Shown in pieces: positions 1-9,040 of a stretch of DNA of 64,000 bases (the stretch's first letter is position 1; every line of letters starts with the position of its first letter). Source of the DNA: a virus; the IMG/VR virus record IMGVR_UViG_3300020193_000011, positions 1-64,000 of that record; one strand, written 5' to 3'. Made by a program: the position numbers and the translations under genes. The notes under the pieces are model-generated. The model searched no databases and had not been told where the DNA came from. It was given only the letters and a program-made list of their open reading frames with translations.

Positions 1-116
1 TCTATTTCCTCATCGGTAAAGTCCTCGTCACTGAATACGGTTACTCCGTCATTAGCGTTAATGAGAGTTCCAGTTCCAGAGTGGAACACATAGTAGTTGA
101 TTTTGCGCTTTTTCAT
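1..116 (-). CDS. Hypothetical protein, partial (runs off the window edge), MKKRKINYYVFHSGTGTLINANDG...
   Basis: ATG at 116-114 overlaps the TGA of the upstream HD gene (ATGA coupling); the frame stays open to position 1. Confidence 0.7.
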   Translation of the reverse strand, partial: MKKRKINYYVFHSGTGTLINANDGVTVFSDEDFTDEEI

Positions 117-781
117 TTTTTTACCACATCGCTAATATTGGCCAAAGTATGAATTTTGGACGCAATATGATCAGCTATATGCGCAATCATGTCCACAAAA
201 GTAATTGGGGTTGTCTCCGGAATTGGGGACCACGGGCCTAAATGACATCTTACCAATCTCAGTATTGCTTGAATAGAATTTTCTGAAATAAAAAGAGTTG
301 AAGAATGCGCTTCGGACGCGTATTTTTTATCGTACTCCTGACATTTTTGAACAAATAAACCTACAGTATATGGATGCATTGGATCGTATGCATAGTTTTT
401 TGATTCTGGATTTTTTATGGCTTTAGTAATGTCATGCAGCAGAGAAGCCGATACAATAATATCTATATCCTCTTGTTCAAGCGAATACGATTGGCACATT
501 AGCAACGCTATTTGAACTGTTCTTTTGGTGTGCAGAACACTCCCACCCTCTCCCTGTTCATCTGCGGCGTGTTGATCGGTCGAAAAACCGGACGGAGCTT
601 TCCAAAAATCTTCTGCCCTATATAAAATAGACCTAACGAATAATCGAATGCTTTCGTCTGAAATTAGATTAATCTCATCTAATAATGGTTTGAGAACTTT
701 ATCTTCTTGTTTAAAATTTATTTTTTGTCCTTTGTCGGATAAAATCTCATCAAGAATATTATTTGATTTATCTTTTGACAT
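113..781 (-). CDS. HD-domain phosphohydrolase (YhaM-like HD family)
   Basis: Motifs GGSVLHT, LLHDITK, CHLGPW and HIADHIAS match the H...HD...H...D pattern. Confidence 0.85.
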   Translation of the reverse strand: MSKDKSNNILDEILSDKGQKINFKQEDKVLKPLLDEINLISDESIRLFVRSILYRAEDFWKAPSGFSTDQHAADEQGEGGSVLHTKRTVQIALLMCQSYSLEQEDIDIIVSASLLHDITKAIKNPESKNYAYDPMHPYTVGLFVQKCQEYDKKYASEAHSSTLFISENSIQAILRLVRCHLGPWSPIPETTPITFVDMIAHIADHIASKIHTLANISDVVKK

Positions 782-1570
782 TTATTTATCTTCCTTTTTC
801 CATGCAGCCCATTTAGAGCATGGCTTGTCGAATGGGCATGACTTACAATAAAAAGTCAACCCTCTTCTAGAGGGAAAAACTTTTTCTTCATACAACGCAG
901 TGCACCAGTACTCCAATGCGTTTATGTCTGCTTTTTCGGTCATGAATTGAGTTAAGCCTGGTTTTTGATTCATTAAATCAAAATAACCAAAGACTGCCTT
1001 ATTCTTTTTATTTCCAAATTTATGATTAAAAGCGGCGCTCATAAATGCAAAATCAAAAACATAACCGCTTTCATACTTAGATCTATGATTAAATACCCAC
1101 TTAATGATATATATTTTTTTATTTTTTGAATAAATTAAATCGAACCTATCTTTTATTGCAACGCTGCCTGTGATTGGAACAACGTACTCTTCATCAATGC
1201 CGATTGGAATTATATTTTTTTCTCCAAAATTTTCTATTAACTCCAACAAAATGACCGACGCCTTACTTGTTAAACTGGCCATGTTGGCGTGGAAAGTTTC
1301 GTGTTGTTCATAAACAATATCAAAAGAAGATGAATTTTTTGGAAACCAAAGTTTTTCCCATCTATTCAACAAAGATGCGTACGACGGCGTAACTCCAGCT
1401 TGTTTCTTGTAGAAGAAATAATCAACTACACTTTTGATATTTGATTCAAATTTTGATAGCAATAACTGTCTTCCGCCAATCTTTTCTGGCAAAAGCTGTT
1501 TGTGTTTGAAGTCATAGAGTCTTTCGCATATTTGAAAGTCTTTTAATTCTCTTAATGTTATCTGAAGCAT
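782..1570 (-). CDS. Cas4/RecB/AddB-like PD-(D/E)XK-fold protein with an Fe-S staple; catalytic motif looks degenerate
   Basis: N-terminal FQICERLY and C-terminal CKSCPFDKPC give four Cys; RFDLIY is present, but motif III reads IIKW instead of D/E-x-K. Confidence 0.7.
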   Translation of the reverse strand: MLQITLRELKDFQICERLYDFKHKQLLPEKIGGRQLLLSKFESNIKSVVDYFFYKKQAGVTPSYASLLNRWEKLWFPKNSSSFDIVYEQHETFHANMASLTSKASVILLELIENFGEKNIIPIGIDEEYVVPITGSVAIKDRFDLIYSKNKKIYIIKWVFNHRSKYESGYVFDFAFMSAAFNHKFGNKKNKAVFGYFDLMNQKPGLTQFMTEKADINALEYWCTALYEEKVFPSRRGLTFYCKSCPFDKPCSKWAAWKKEDK

Positions 1571-1577
1571 GCGGGTC

Positions 1578-3044
1578 TCACAATATATTTATTCTGGACA
1601 TGATTTCTTGAATATCTTTTGAGTCAGCTATTTGAGCGTAAGACTCTTCGACTACGGGTTCGTATTCTACATACTTTTTATGCTCGTCTACATATTTAAC
1701 CAATGGTGAATTGTACAAATATGTAGAACCGGTGATTCTGTTTTTGGGTATTTGGAGCTGCATAATTGTTTCATCCTCTGAGTCATCTCCGCTAATAAGT
1801 TTTTTCTCTGTAATAAATATTGTAACTGCGCATTTTTGTTGGATAGAAAGCGACCCTCCGGTATCTGATTGCTGGACAACTTCTCTTCTCTCTTTCATTC
1901 TATTAGCGTTTTCTTGAGCGGTTATAATTAGTACACAGCTCATGTCTCTTGCTAGTTTTTCTAATTTAACCATCATTTCTTCGAATTCCCCCCATCGAGG
2001 TTTACCTTTGCCAGATGATCTTGTAAACATAGATTGAATAGTGTCGATTACAATCACGTCTGGTACGAGTTCGGAATGACCCATAATGCTTCTCAACCAT
2101 TTTTCTAAATCCTCAAAGTATGGGGTATCCGGATCATGCCTAACCATAAATCTATTGCCCCATTGAATTAGTTTTTCTTGAAATTTAATTAAATTTTCCT
2201 GTCTTTCTTTTGCGGTCCAATTTGAAGACTCTGCGTAAACATTTTTTTCAATGATTTGAGTCATTAAAACTCTCTCCCAATGCGAAATTGCTTCTTCAAA
2301 ATTTACGTACAAAACTTTATATCCACAATCGGCCCAATTATTGACCAAGCATTTAGCAAAAGTGCTCTTACCTTTACCGGATGGGGCAATAATTGCGTGT
2401 ACAGCGCCTCTAAAAAATCCACCCTCGTTAGTATACCCCATTGCCCTGTTAAGGGATTTATATTGTGTTGGAAGAAAACTGGGTATATCCAATAGGGACT
2501 CTGCTCTTCTGGAAATATCTTCTGCTGTTGTTACGCTATTCAAAGGGTTAAAATTTAATTCATTCTCTAAATTTTTAATCTCTGTTGTTATCTCAGATAT
2601 TCTGATTATTTCTTGTGTTGTTTTTTCGCCTTTTTGAATTAAAATAAGTTCAAGTTCTTGAAGGATATTAAGTTGTTTTTGTTTATTGGCTCTATGTTTA
2701 ATTACTTTAGCTATTGATTCGTGATCAGATGTTTGCAAGCCGAGCAATATATCGATCATTGCGTTTACGCCAACTGCACCACCCAATCCGGAATGTATAT
2801 TCGTTTCAGATTCAAGCCAGGCTTTAAAAGCTATCGGATCTACTAAATCCAGTTTAGTTGTGCGATAATATGATAATAAAGCTTTATAGAATTCATTGAT
2901 TCCAATTTGATTGTTAACAATTCCAACCATGTCTTCTGGTAATTGCGCATCAAAATACGCAATTGATCCAGGATTTTTTAAAGAAAGTGCAAATACCTGA
3001 TATTCAATTGGGTATTCAGGTAGTTCTGCTTGATTTTCTTCCAC
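1578..3044 (-). CDS. DnaB-like replicative DNA helicase
   Basis: Walker A APSGKGKST, YVNFEE, Walker B VIVIDTIQ, TAQENA and KNR arginine finger; GTG start. Confidence 0.9.
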   Translation of the reverse strand: MEENQAELPEYPIEYQVFALSLKNPGSIAYFDAQLPEDMVGIVNNQIGINEFYKALLSYYRTTKLDLVDPIAFKAWLESETNIHSGLGGAVGVNAMIDILLGLQTSDHESIAKVIKHRANKQKQLNILQELELILIQKGEKTTQEIIRISEITTEIKNLENELNFNPLNSVTTAEDISRRAESLLDIPSFLPTQYKSLNRAMGYTNEGGFFRGAVHAIIAPSGKGKSTFAKCLVNNWADCGYKVLYVNFEEAISHWERVLMTQIIEKNVYAESSNWTAKERQENLIKFQEKLIQWGNRFMVRHDPDTPYFEDLEKWLRSIMGHSELVPDVIVIDTIQSMFTRSSGKGKPRWGEFEEMMVKLEKLARDMSCVLIITAQENANRMKERREVVQQSDTGGSLSIQQKCAVTIFITEKKLISGDDSEDETIMQLQIPKNRITGSTYLYNSPLVKYVDEHKKYVEYEPVVEESYAQIADSKDIQEIMSRINIL

Positions 3045-3687
3045 TTTTTTTCTGTTCTTTCATCTTTTTATAATACTTTTTATTGTTTTCTGATCTTAGT
3101 TTTTTAGCTTTTTGATACATATGATTGGTTTTGATGCTGGGTTTTTTAATTTTTTTAACAGTTGATTTATCATTGGCACCGCTTCTTAAAGCGTCCAATA
3201 TTCTATCATAGACATTGTCTTCTGAGATATTATCGTTATACCTAAAAACAACTAATTGGATACCGTGTTGCGCACACATCTCTGCTTTTTTGCTGTCTCT
3301 TTTTTGAGCCTCAAGAAATTCTTCTTTAGAATCAAAAAATAATGGACTGTATTTAAAATGTTGAATTCCATGAAATTCACAAGCCAAGCTATACGATGGA
3401 CAATAGACATCTAATTTTAGCCTGTCGCCTAAATGATATTCGTTTATTATTTTTTGTCCTGGCAAAAGTTTTTTAACAATGCTTGTCAAAATACTTTGAC
3501 CCTTTGACATTTTTTTTCTATGATCTTTTATCCAATACAGACTAAGCTTTTTAAGCATTGTGTTTAGCTCGTTAAATTTGATATCCATGCTTTTCGCTAT
3601 CGCCGAAAATGATTGATCGGTCTCGAACAGCAGGTGAACAAGATATTCTTTGTCAGTTAACTCGTTTTTTTTATTTCTTTGAATCAT
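3016..3687 (-). CDS. Vsr/DUF559-like endonuclease with a possible N-terminal helix-turn-helix
   Basis: LKLDVY...ACEFHGIQH...RDSKK...IQLVVFRY pattern; start set at the internal ATG (MIQRN). Confidence 0.7.
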   Translation of the reverse strand: MIQRNKKNELTDKEYLVHLLFETDQSFSAIAKSMDIKFNELNTMLKKLSLYWIKDHRKKMSKGQSILTSIVKKLLPGQKIINEYHLGDRLKLDVYCPSYSLACEFHGIQHFKYSPLFFDSKEEFLEAQKRDSKKAEMCAQHGIQLVVFRYNDNISEDNVYDRILDALRSGANDKSTVKKIKKPSIKTNHMYQKAKKLRSENNKKYYKKMKEQKKSGRKSSRTT

Positions 3688-4318
3688 TGTATCTGTTGAA
3701 ACTTTTAAGCGCATTTAGTGTTCTTCCAAAATCGAAAATAGACATATTAGTTTCTGTCCAGATTTTTGGAGCAATAGCCGCGCTTAACATCGGGCAGTCT
3801 AATACGACTAGATCGATGCCATCGGATTTTGCAATGATGTTTGCGGTGATTTCATTTATCTTAGAATAGTAATCGTTATACGGAACCTCTATAAATATAG
3901 AGTCTGGTGAAAAATACTTACTTATGAAATATTGATTTTGAAATGTTACAACAATTGCTTTAGTGTTTTTTACATACCATGATCTAAAAATTTTGAACAC
4001 GTCGTAGTTGTTATGAATGTAGTACTCAAGAAAATTTGGATCATAAATGTGTTTTATATCAACATTGAGATTTGATAAACCCTTATGGGATGAGTGAATT
4101 ATTTCTGGTTGAATAGCACAGATAAAATTGTATGATTGATTTTTTAGTCCGTCTAAAATTAATTTAGTGAATAATTTGGGCGGTTTTTTTTCTTCACTAA
4201 TTTCATTAAGTACAGATGAAATTGCAGATTTTGTATATGTAACAAAAGCGAACTGTTCTTTCTTTTCAAGAAGAAAAGAAACCTTTTTGATTGTGTCTTC
4301 TGCGTTATGGGTTTTCAT
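3671..4318 (-). CDS. Putative GT-D-fold-like glycosyltransferase domain protein
   Basis: Weak resemblance only (N-terminal FAFVTY strand, C-terminal DLVVLDC...APKIW...IFDFG); coupled to the upstream GT2 gene through an ATGA overlap. Confidence 0.4.
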   Translation of the reverse strand: MKTHNAEDTIKKVSFLLEKKEQFAFVTYTKSAISSVLNEISEEKKPPKLFTKLILDGLKNQSYNFICAIQPEIIHSSHKGLSNLNVDIKHIYDPNFLEYYIHNNYDVFKIFRSWYVKNTKAIVVTFQNQYFISKYFSPDSIFIEVPYNDYYSKINEITANIIAKSDGIDLVVLDCPMLSAAIAPKIWTETNMSIFDFGRTLNALKSFNRYNDSKK

Positions 4319-5016
4319 ATTCCAAAGTTTCCCCAATTAATTAAAATTGGATTAGCATCAATAATTGATTCAATGTGTTTAATGTTATGAAATTCCCCTT
4401 TATCCAAGTTCATATATCTCATATACTTATTTTGTTTATCATCATCATTAACATAACCCAAGTGCTGCATAATCAAACCTGAGTTCAGCCAATAATTTCT
4501 TCTTTTTATATCCTCAGTAACATAGGTTGGTTCTGAACCGCAAGCTAATTTGCGGTCTAAAAATTGTCCATCAGTTTTAAATCTAAAAATTCTAGAGCTA
4601 TTGGTTGGTGCCCAAAGCTTATCAACCCTATACTGACTGCGATTCCACATGTGATAAAAACGAACATTGACAACATCAAAGGGAGATTTATCTAAAACAA
4701 CTCTTATATCACCACTGCTTAAATTGTTGATGTTGTACAGCATCTCGTCACAATCGATTGCTATCACCCAATCCCCTTCGGAGGCATGTTGTTCAAGATT
4801 CTTCCACGCATTTGCCCTAAGTAAGCCCTCGTTTGTGGCAAAAAGTGACTCTTTGTTCACGTAAACTTCCGCATACTGTGCGGCTATTTCCGCCGTATTG
4901 TCCGTAGAGCAATCATCGGTAAAAATGATTTTATCTACCTGGTTTTTAACCCTTTCAAGAACTGGTTGCAAAAATCTAGATGATTCATTTTTGCCGACCA
5001 TTTGTGCAAGAATCAT
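4315..5016 (-). CDS. Glycosyltransferase family 2 (GT-A fold)
   Basis: KNES..., IIFTDDCSTDNT, DxD motif IDCDE and late HLGY. Confidence 0.85.
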   Translation of the reverse strand: MILAQMVGKNESSRFLQPVLERVKNQVDKIIFTDDCSTDNTAEIAAQYAEVYVNKESLFATNEGLLRANAWKNLEQHASEGDWVIAIDCDEMLYNINNLSSGDIRVVLDKSPFDVVNVRFYHMWNRSQYRVDKLWAPTNSSRIFRFKTDGQFLDRKLACGSEPTYVTEDIKRRNYWLNSGLIMQHLGYVNDDDKQNKYMRYMNLDKGEFHNIKHIESIIDANPILINWGNFGI

Positions 5017-5071
5017 ATTCTCTCCAATGAAATATTTTTTAAGATTAACTGTACTTAAGCCTAATGAATAT

Positions 5072-5263
5072 TTATTCTGATAATTGATCGGCCTGTTTAT
5101 GAGCCTCTAGTGATGAAATGCGTTCAATATCTGTTGACTTAAACAAGATTTCACCTTCTGATCCACGAAAACCAAAGCTAACTTTTTCGGCTTCTTTTTT
5201 GTTTTTTGATTTTACAAGTGTTGTTGTAACTACTGCAAAATAATTAAATTTATTTTCTGGCAT
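5072..5263 (-). CDS. Small hypothetical protein
   Basis: 63-aa ORF with GAGA upstream, filling the gap in the gene run. Confidence 0.6.
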   Translation of the reverse strand: MPENKFNYFAVVTTTLVKSKNKKEAEKVSFGFRGSEGEILFKSTDIERISSLEAHKQADQLSE

Positions 5264-5273
5264 TGTGTTTCTC

Positions 5274-5687
5274 TTATCTAATTGATGGATATGTATGAGA
5301 TATATATTCTACAGCTTCTTCTAGGCTGTTTGCAAGTTTTGTGGCAAGAAATTTTAGATATTTTCTATGTTGAATGTTTTTATGAGCCCAAATAACAATT
5401 GGTTGATTGTTCAAGTAGGCCCAAGTCATTTCGAAATCAGTTCCTATGTAAGCTCTTTCCAATAATTGATACTCTACCAATAAAAGATCACAGCTTTTTT
5501 GTAGGAATAAATTTTTATCTACAATTTCTTTTGGCTCACACCCCTGTTCTTCTAGAGCATAGTCCATGGGGTTAATGGCTTTAAATCCTCTGTTTTTTAA
5601 CAGGCTTGTAGCCTCGTCTCTCCAACTATATTTAAAATCTGATTGAACATCTTCTATTGCCCCAGATAAAAAAACTCTAGTCTGCAT
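5274..5687 (-). CDS. Nucleoside 2-deoxyribosyltransferase-like / nucleotide N-glycosidase family protein
   Basis: VFLSGAI...WR...NP...SCDLLLV...GTDFEM-x-x-A pattern of the family. Confidence 0.75.
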   Translation of the reverse strand: MQTRVFLSGAIEDVQSDFKYSWRDEATSLLKNRGFKAINPMDYALEEQGCEPKEIVDKNLFLQKSCDLLLVEYQLLERAYIGTDFEMTWAYLNNQPIVIWAHKNIQHRKYLKFLATKLANSLEEAVEYISHTYPSIR

Positions 5688-5688
5688 T

Positions 5689-6096
5689 TTAGATTTTCTT
5701 TGGCCAGTAGTATTCTAGGTTTGGATCTTCATCAAAAAATTTTGAATAATATTCATAATCTTTACGCAATAAATTGGATCGATGAGACCTATGAAGTCTT
5801 TCATCGCCCAGCCACTTTGGCATTCTTGCTTCAATAATTAAATTTTCAAATTGCATTGTATTTTTATAGCCCCTATTAATCCATTCTTGAATTGTATAAT
5901 TTTGATATAACTGCAAAGCCGATTCATAACCTGTCCACATTTGGGTTACTGGATGATTTCGCCAACCCTTTGTTTTAGTACGCTCGAGAAGAATATTCAA
6001 AACTTGAAAAGTTTCTACACGTTGTTTTCCAAGTCTTTTAGAATCTAAAATCCGAATTGATTTTTGAAAATCTGGATAAGGCAAAAATGTCTGCAT
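5689..6096 (-). CDS. Pyrimidine-dimer DNA glycosylase-related protein (MSMEG_6728-like family)
   Basis: MQTFLPYPDF...LDSKRLGKQRVE, GWRNHP...MW and HRSHRSNLLRKD...YYWP are characteristic. Confidence 0.85.
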   Translation of the reverse strand: MQTFLPYPDFQKSIRILDSKRLGKQRVETFQVLNILLERTKTKGWRNHPVTQMWTGYESALQLYQNYTIQEWINRGYKNTMQFENLIIEARMPKWLGDERLHRSHRSNLLRKDYEYYSKFFDEDPNLEYYWPKKI

Positions 6097-6497
6097 TAGT
6101 TATTTTTCTTAAACTCTTGAAAAGTTTTATTGCCTACGCCAAAATATTCACGCGCTAAACCAGAAGTTATTATGTCATTATTAAGACATTGGCCAGATTC
6201 ATTCCAAACTCTTGCCAGTACTCTTCCGTACTTTTCGTTTTTATCAATAATAGTTTCAATTTTTACTTTATAATTTGTTTTTGTTAACCATTGATCTGTA
6301 AATTCTTTGGCAGCTAAACCCATCTTTTTTTCTTCGGCATTTGAGGTGCGGCTTTCTGGAGTATTGACGCCATATAAGCGTACCCTACCCTTTTTAAGCG
6401 TATCAAAGCCAAGATCGATAATAATATCAAATGTATCGCCATCAACCACCTTTTTTACTTCTGCATTATATATCCATGGATTTAGTTTATCTGTCAT
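6096..6497 (-). CDS. Thermonuclease (SNase-like)
   Basis: VVDGDT, VRLYGVNTPE and KYGRVLA; ATG at 6497 has a GAGG ribosome-binding site. Confidence 0.9.
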   Translation of the reverse strand: MTDKLNPWIYNAEVKKVVDGDTFDIIIDLGFDTLKKGRVRLYGVNTPESRTSNAEEKKMGLAAKEFTDQWLTKTNYKVKIETIIDKNEKYGRVLARVWNESGQCLNNDIITSGLAREYFGVGNKTFQEFKKNN

Positions 6498-6523
6498 AGT
6501 TACCTCTTTTTGTTTGATATTTA

Positions 6524-7516
6524 TTATAGCAGAGGGATTAGTATTTGTGCAATCCACGTTGCGACAGGAGAAGCCACCCCGTTTCCACATTGCGTGTATC
6601 TGCGTATGTCTGCCTGTCCATAAGTCCAGTCATCTGGCCAGCCCATAAGACGCTCACATTCAATTGGAGTAAGCTTTCTGACAACAGGATTGTTGTTTTG
6701 CATCTCCGCAACTATTGGCGTACCTCTGCCGTATCCATCTTCGCTAGAATCCATTCTAGATGTTAATGTATGAGCTGTAGTCCCTAAAACAGATACGGCG
6801 CTGGATCCTATTGTTGTTTTATCTGTGCAGCTACCCTCTGTAGGGCTTCCCTCAAGACTGTCGGAAGGATTCTTGATCGACTCTGAGCCCTTCTCAATAT
6901 GCCCTGACACGCCTTCGGGGAAAGGGAATAGCGGATCGGGACATCTTGCTGCGGTTGCAGGATCGAAGACAGCGACGACGAACACTCTTCGACGTCGTTG
7001 TGGGACTCCGAAGTATTGCGCATCCAGCACACGCCATTCGCAGAATAGCGACCCTGCTTCAACCATTTCTTTGAGGATAGTTTTGAAGTCTTCGCCTTTG
7101 TTGGAGTTGAGTACGCCGTAAACATTTTCCCAAACAGAGATTCTTGGGTATTTTCCATTGGTTTCCTTTCGTAGTTCGCTGATAATTCTCATACCTTCGT
7201 AGAACAACCCTGAGCGTTTTCCACTCAGGCCTACTCGTTTACCTGCTGCAGAGAGATCCTGACAGGGAGAACCCCAAGCAACAATATCAACCGTTGGTGC
7301 ATGTTCCAGAATATATGCGCCAGTCAGGGTCGAAATATCCATCCATCGCGGCACTTCCGGCCAATGACGTTCCAGTATCTTTGTGGCATGTTTGTCCCAT
7401 TCGCATTGAAACACTGTTTTCATGCCCGCACGTTCTAAACCAAGATCAAAACCACCCACTCCAGAAAACAGTGAAAGTACTTTAGGAATAAAAATTGAAT
7501 TTTCGTTTTGTGACAT
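6524..7516 (-). CDS. DNA (cytosine-5) methyltransferase
   Basis: Motif I LFSGVGG, IV GSPCQDLS, VI WENV, VIII PQRRRR, IX LTPIECERLMGWP and X GNGV. Confidence 0.95.
   Translation of the reverse strand: MSQNENSIFIPKVLSLFSGVGGFDLGLERAGMKTVFQCEWDKHATKILERHWPEVPRWMDISTLTGAYILEHAPTVDIVAWGSPCQDLSAAGKRVGLSGKRSGLFYEGMRIISELRKETNGKYPRISVWENVYGVLNSNKGEDFKTILKEMVEAGSLFCEWRVLDAQYFGVPQRRRRVFVVAVFDPATAARCPDPLFPFPEGVSGHIEKGSESIKNPSDSLEGSPTEGSCTDKTTIGSSAVSVLGTTAHTLTSRMDSSEDGYGRGTPIVAEMQNNNPVVRKLTPIECERLMGWPDDWTYGQADIRRYTQCGNGVASPVATWIAQILIPLL
6808..7158 (-). CDS. Alternative-frame ORF nested in the methyltransferase gene, resembling the M.EcoHK31I beta polypeptide
   Basis: Own AAGGA ribosome-binding site just before ATG 7158; carries SLSSILQ...VPIRYSLSPKACQGILRRA...LP..LREAL. 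Confidence 0.7.
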   Translation of the reverse strand: MENTQESLFGKMFTAYSTPTKAKTSKLSSKKWLKQGRYSANGVCWMRNTSESHNDVEECSSSLSSILQPQQDVPIRYSLSPKACQGILRRAQSRSRILPTVLREALQRVAAQIKQQ

Positions 7517-7524
7517 GCAAGGTT

Positions 7525-8328
7525 TTAATCTCTCTCTATCCCCATATGATCGCATGCATTACGAAATATCGATTGACTTACCTTAAACTGCGCGTCGGCG
7601 TGACTGTAGCCTTCTCCCGGTTTAGGAGAAGATGCGTGCCAGCTATGACCAATTGATACAGAACCGTCATACACTACATTATAGCCTAGATGTCTAGCAA
7701 AATACGAACACCAAGTTTCTTCGTAGTAGTGGGGCGTGGGCAGAAAAGCCCCCACCGCATTTGGTACTAACTCCCTGTACTGTTGATTGCAAGTAAGATT
7801 ATTCCAGACGTATCTTCTAATAAAATATGCGGATCCAGAAACTGTAACGCATTTTACCCTATCCCTATAAAGGCGGTCACCTATATCTGACTCCATCCAG
7901 CCCCTATGTTTTGGAGCCGTGTTGGTTCCAATAATCCCAGCGTGCCTTATGAGGCCATATTCGTCTCTTTGTTTGGGTCCCAATATGTGTATAGTCGGAT
8001 CATTGTCAAAAATATTTTTTATATTATTTACATCATTGTTGGTTAGCCAAACGTCTGCGTTTAAAAAACCAATAATTTCGTTAAATCCTTTTGTAGCTAA
8101 CTGGTTGCAGGCAGCAGAATAGCCTATGTTTTGATTCAAGCAGAGTCCGTCTATCTGGTATTGGTAACTTTTGTTTTTTAACCATTCAATTGTATTGTCT
8201 GTCGAACCATTGTCTGCAAGATAAAGTTTCCAAAATTTATTTGCTATCGAAGCATTTTTGTGCAGATTATCCAAAAGACGTTCAAGCAGTGTGCTGGTGT
8301 TATAGTTAACAACACAGAGATCAATCAT
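7525..8328 (-). CDS. Glycosyltransferase family 2 (GT-A fold)
   Basis: VVNYN, ADNGSTD, NIGYSAACN, FLNAD, VSGS and YYEET. Confidence 0.9.
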   Translation of the reverse strand: MIDLCVVNYNTSTLLERLLDNLHKNASIANKFWKLYLADNGSTDNTIEWLKNKSYQYQIDGLCLNQNIGYSAACNQLATKGFNEIIGFLNADVWLTNNDVNNIKNIFDNDPTIHILGPKQRDEYGLIRHAGIIGTNTAPKHRGWMESDIGDRLYRDRVKCVTVSGSAYFIRRYVWNNLTCNQQYRELVPNAVGAFLPTPHYYEETWCSYFARHLGYNVVYDGSVSIGHSWHASSPKPGEGYSHADAQFKVSQSIFRNACDHMGIERD

Positions 8329-8585
8329 AACAAACTATTTTTAGCTATCGTTATTTCAAAACAATCACTAGGGTTAAATCCCATATCAAGCAGTTCTAAA
8401 AAATCATTTTTAGCCTCATAAATATCTTCAATAAAAAATTCATTTAATCTATTTAAATATTGTTCAACATTCACTTGATTTATATTTGATATTTTTTTGT
8501 CTATAAATTTTTTTGAATTAACTTTTCCAAGTATAAAAGCAATTGTAAAAAGGGACCCTAAAATTAACTTAGTTCTATTGCTCAT
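8325..8585 (-). CDS. Small protein with an N-terminal membrane anchor
   Basis: Hydrophobic LILGSLFTIAFILG after MSNRTK; overlaps its neighbours in the gene run. Confidence 0.6.
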   Translation of the reverse strand: MSNRTKLILGSLFTIAFILGKVNSKKFIDKKISNINQVNVEQYLNRLNEFFIEDIYEAKNDFLELLDMGFNPSDCFEITIAKNSLL

Positions 8586-8814
8586 AATAACCATCATCGT
8601 TTGTTGGTACCGTGTATAAATTTGCAATAGCTTTATTAACTGAATTAATGATTTTTGTAAACAAAACTTTATCCTCATTTGAAACGTGACCTCGTAAAAA
8701 ATGTGTATATGTTTTTTGAATATGCAAAAATATACTTAAATCTTCAACAATAAAAGATTGATTATTTTCTAATTTAATATTAACTTTCTTTTTGGGGTGT
8801 GTTTTTTTACTCAT
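8575..8814 (-). CDS. Hypothetical protein
   Basis: 79-aa ORF tightly coupled to its neighbours. Confidence 0.65.
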   Translation of the reverse strand: MSKKTHPKKKVNIKLENNQSFIVEDLSIFLHIQKTYTHFLRGHVSNEDKVLFTKIINSVNKAIANLYTVPTNDDGYYEQ

Positions 8815-9040
8815 TGGCTTTCTTTTCTTTTATTTCCGCTTTTAACACCTCTTCTTGAGGCATTTGATAAACGGATATTTCTTCTTTGTCGGGCTCATAG
8901 GTAACAAACAGGATTCTTTTGTCCTCGAGTTTGCAGCCTTCTGGTGGGGCGGATTCCAAAGCGATTTTTTTTGACGCCGATCCATAAACTTGACTAGAAT
9001 TTTTGTATAAAACAATATAATTTAATTTTCCTGCAGCCAT
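8807..9040 (-). CDS. Hypothetical protein
   Basis: 77-aa ORF with a TAATG overlap to thyX. Confidence 0.7.
   Translation of the reverse strand: MAAGKLNYIVLYKNSSQVYGSASKKIALESAPPEGCKLEDKRILFVTYEPDKEEISVYQMPQEEVLKAEIKEKKANE

Noticed and set aside
782-1570. CRISPR-Cas system suggested by Cas4-like and HD genes
   Set aside because: No repeat-spacer array or other cas genes were seen; such solo genes are common in phage replication regions.
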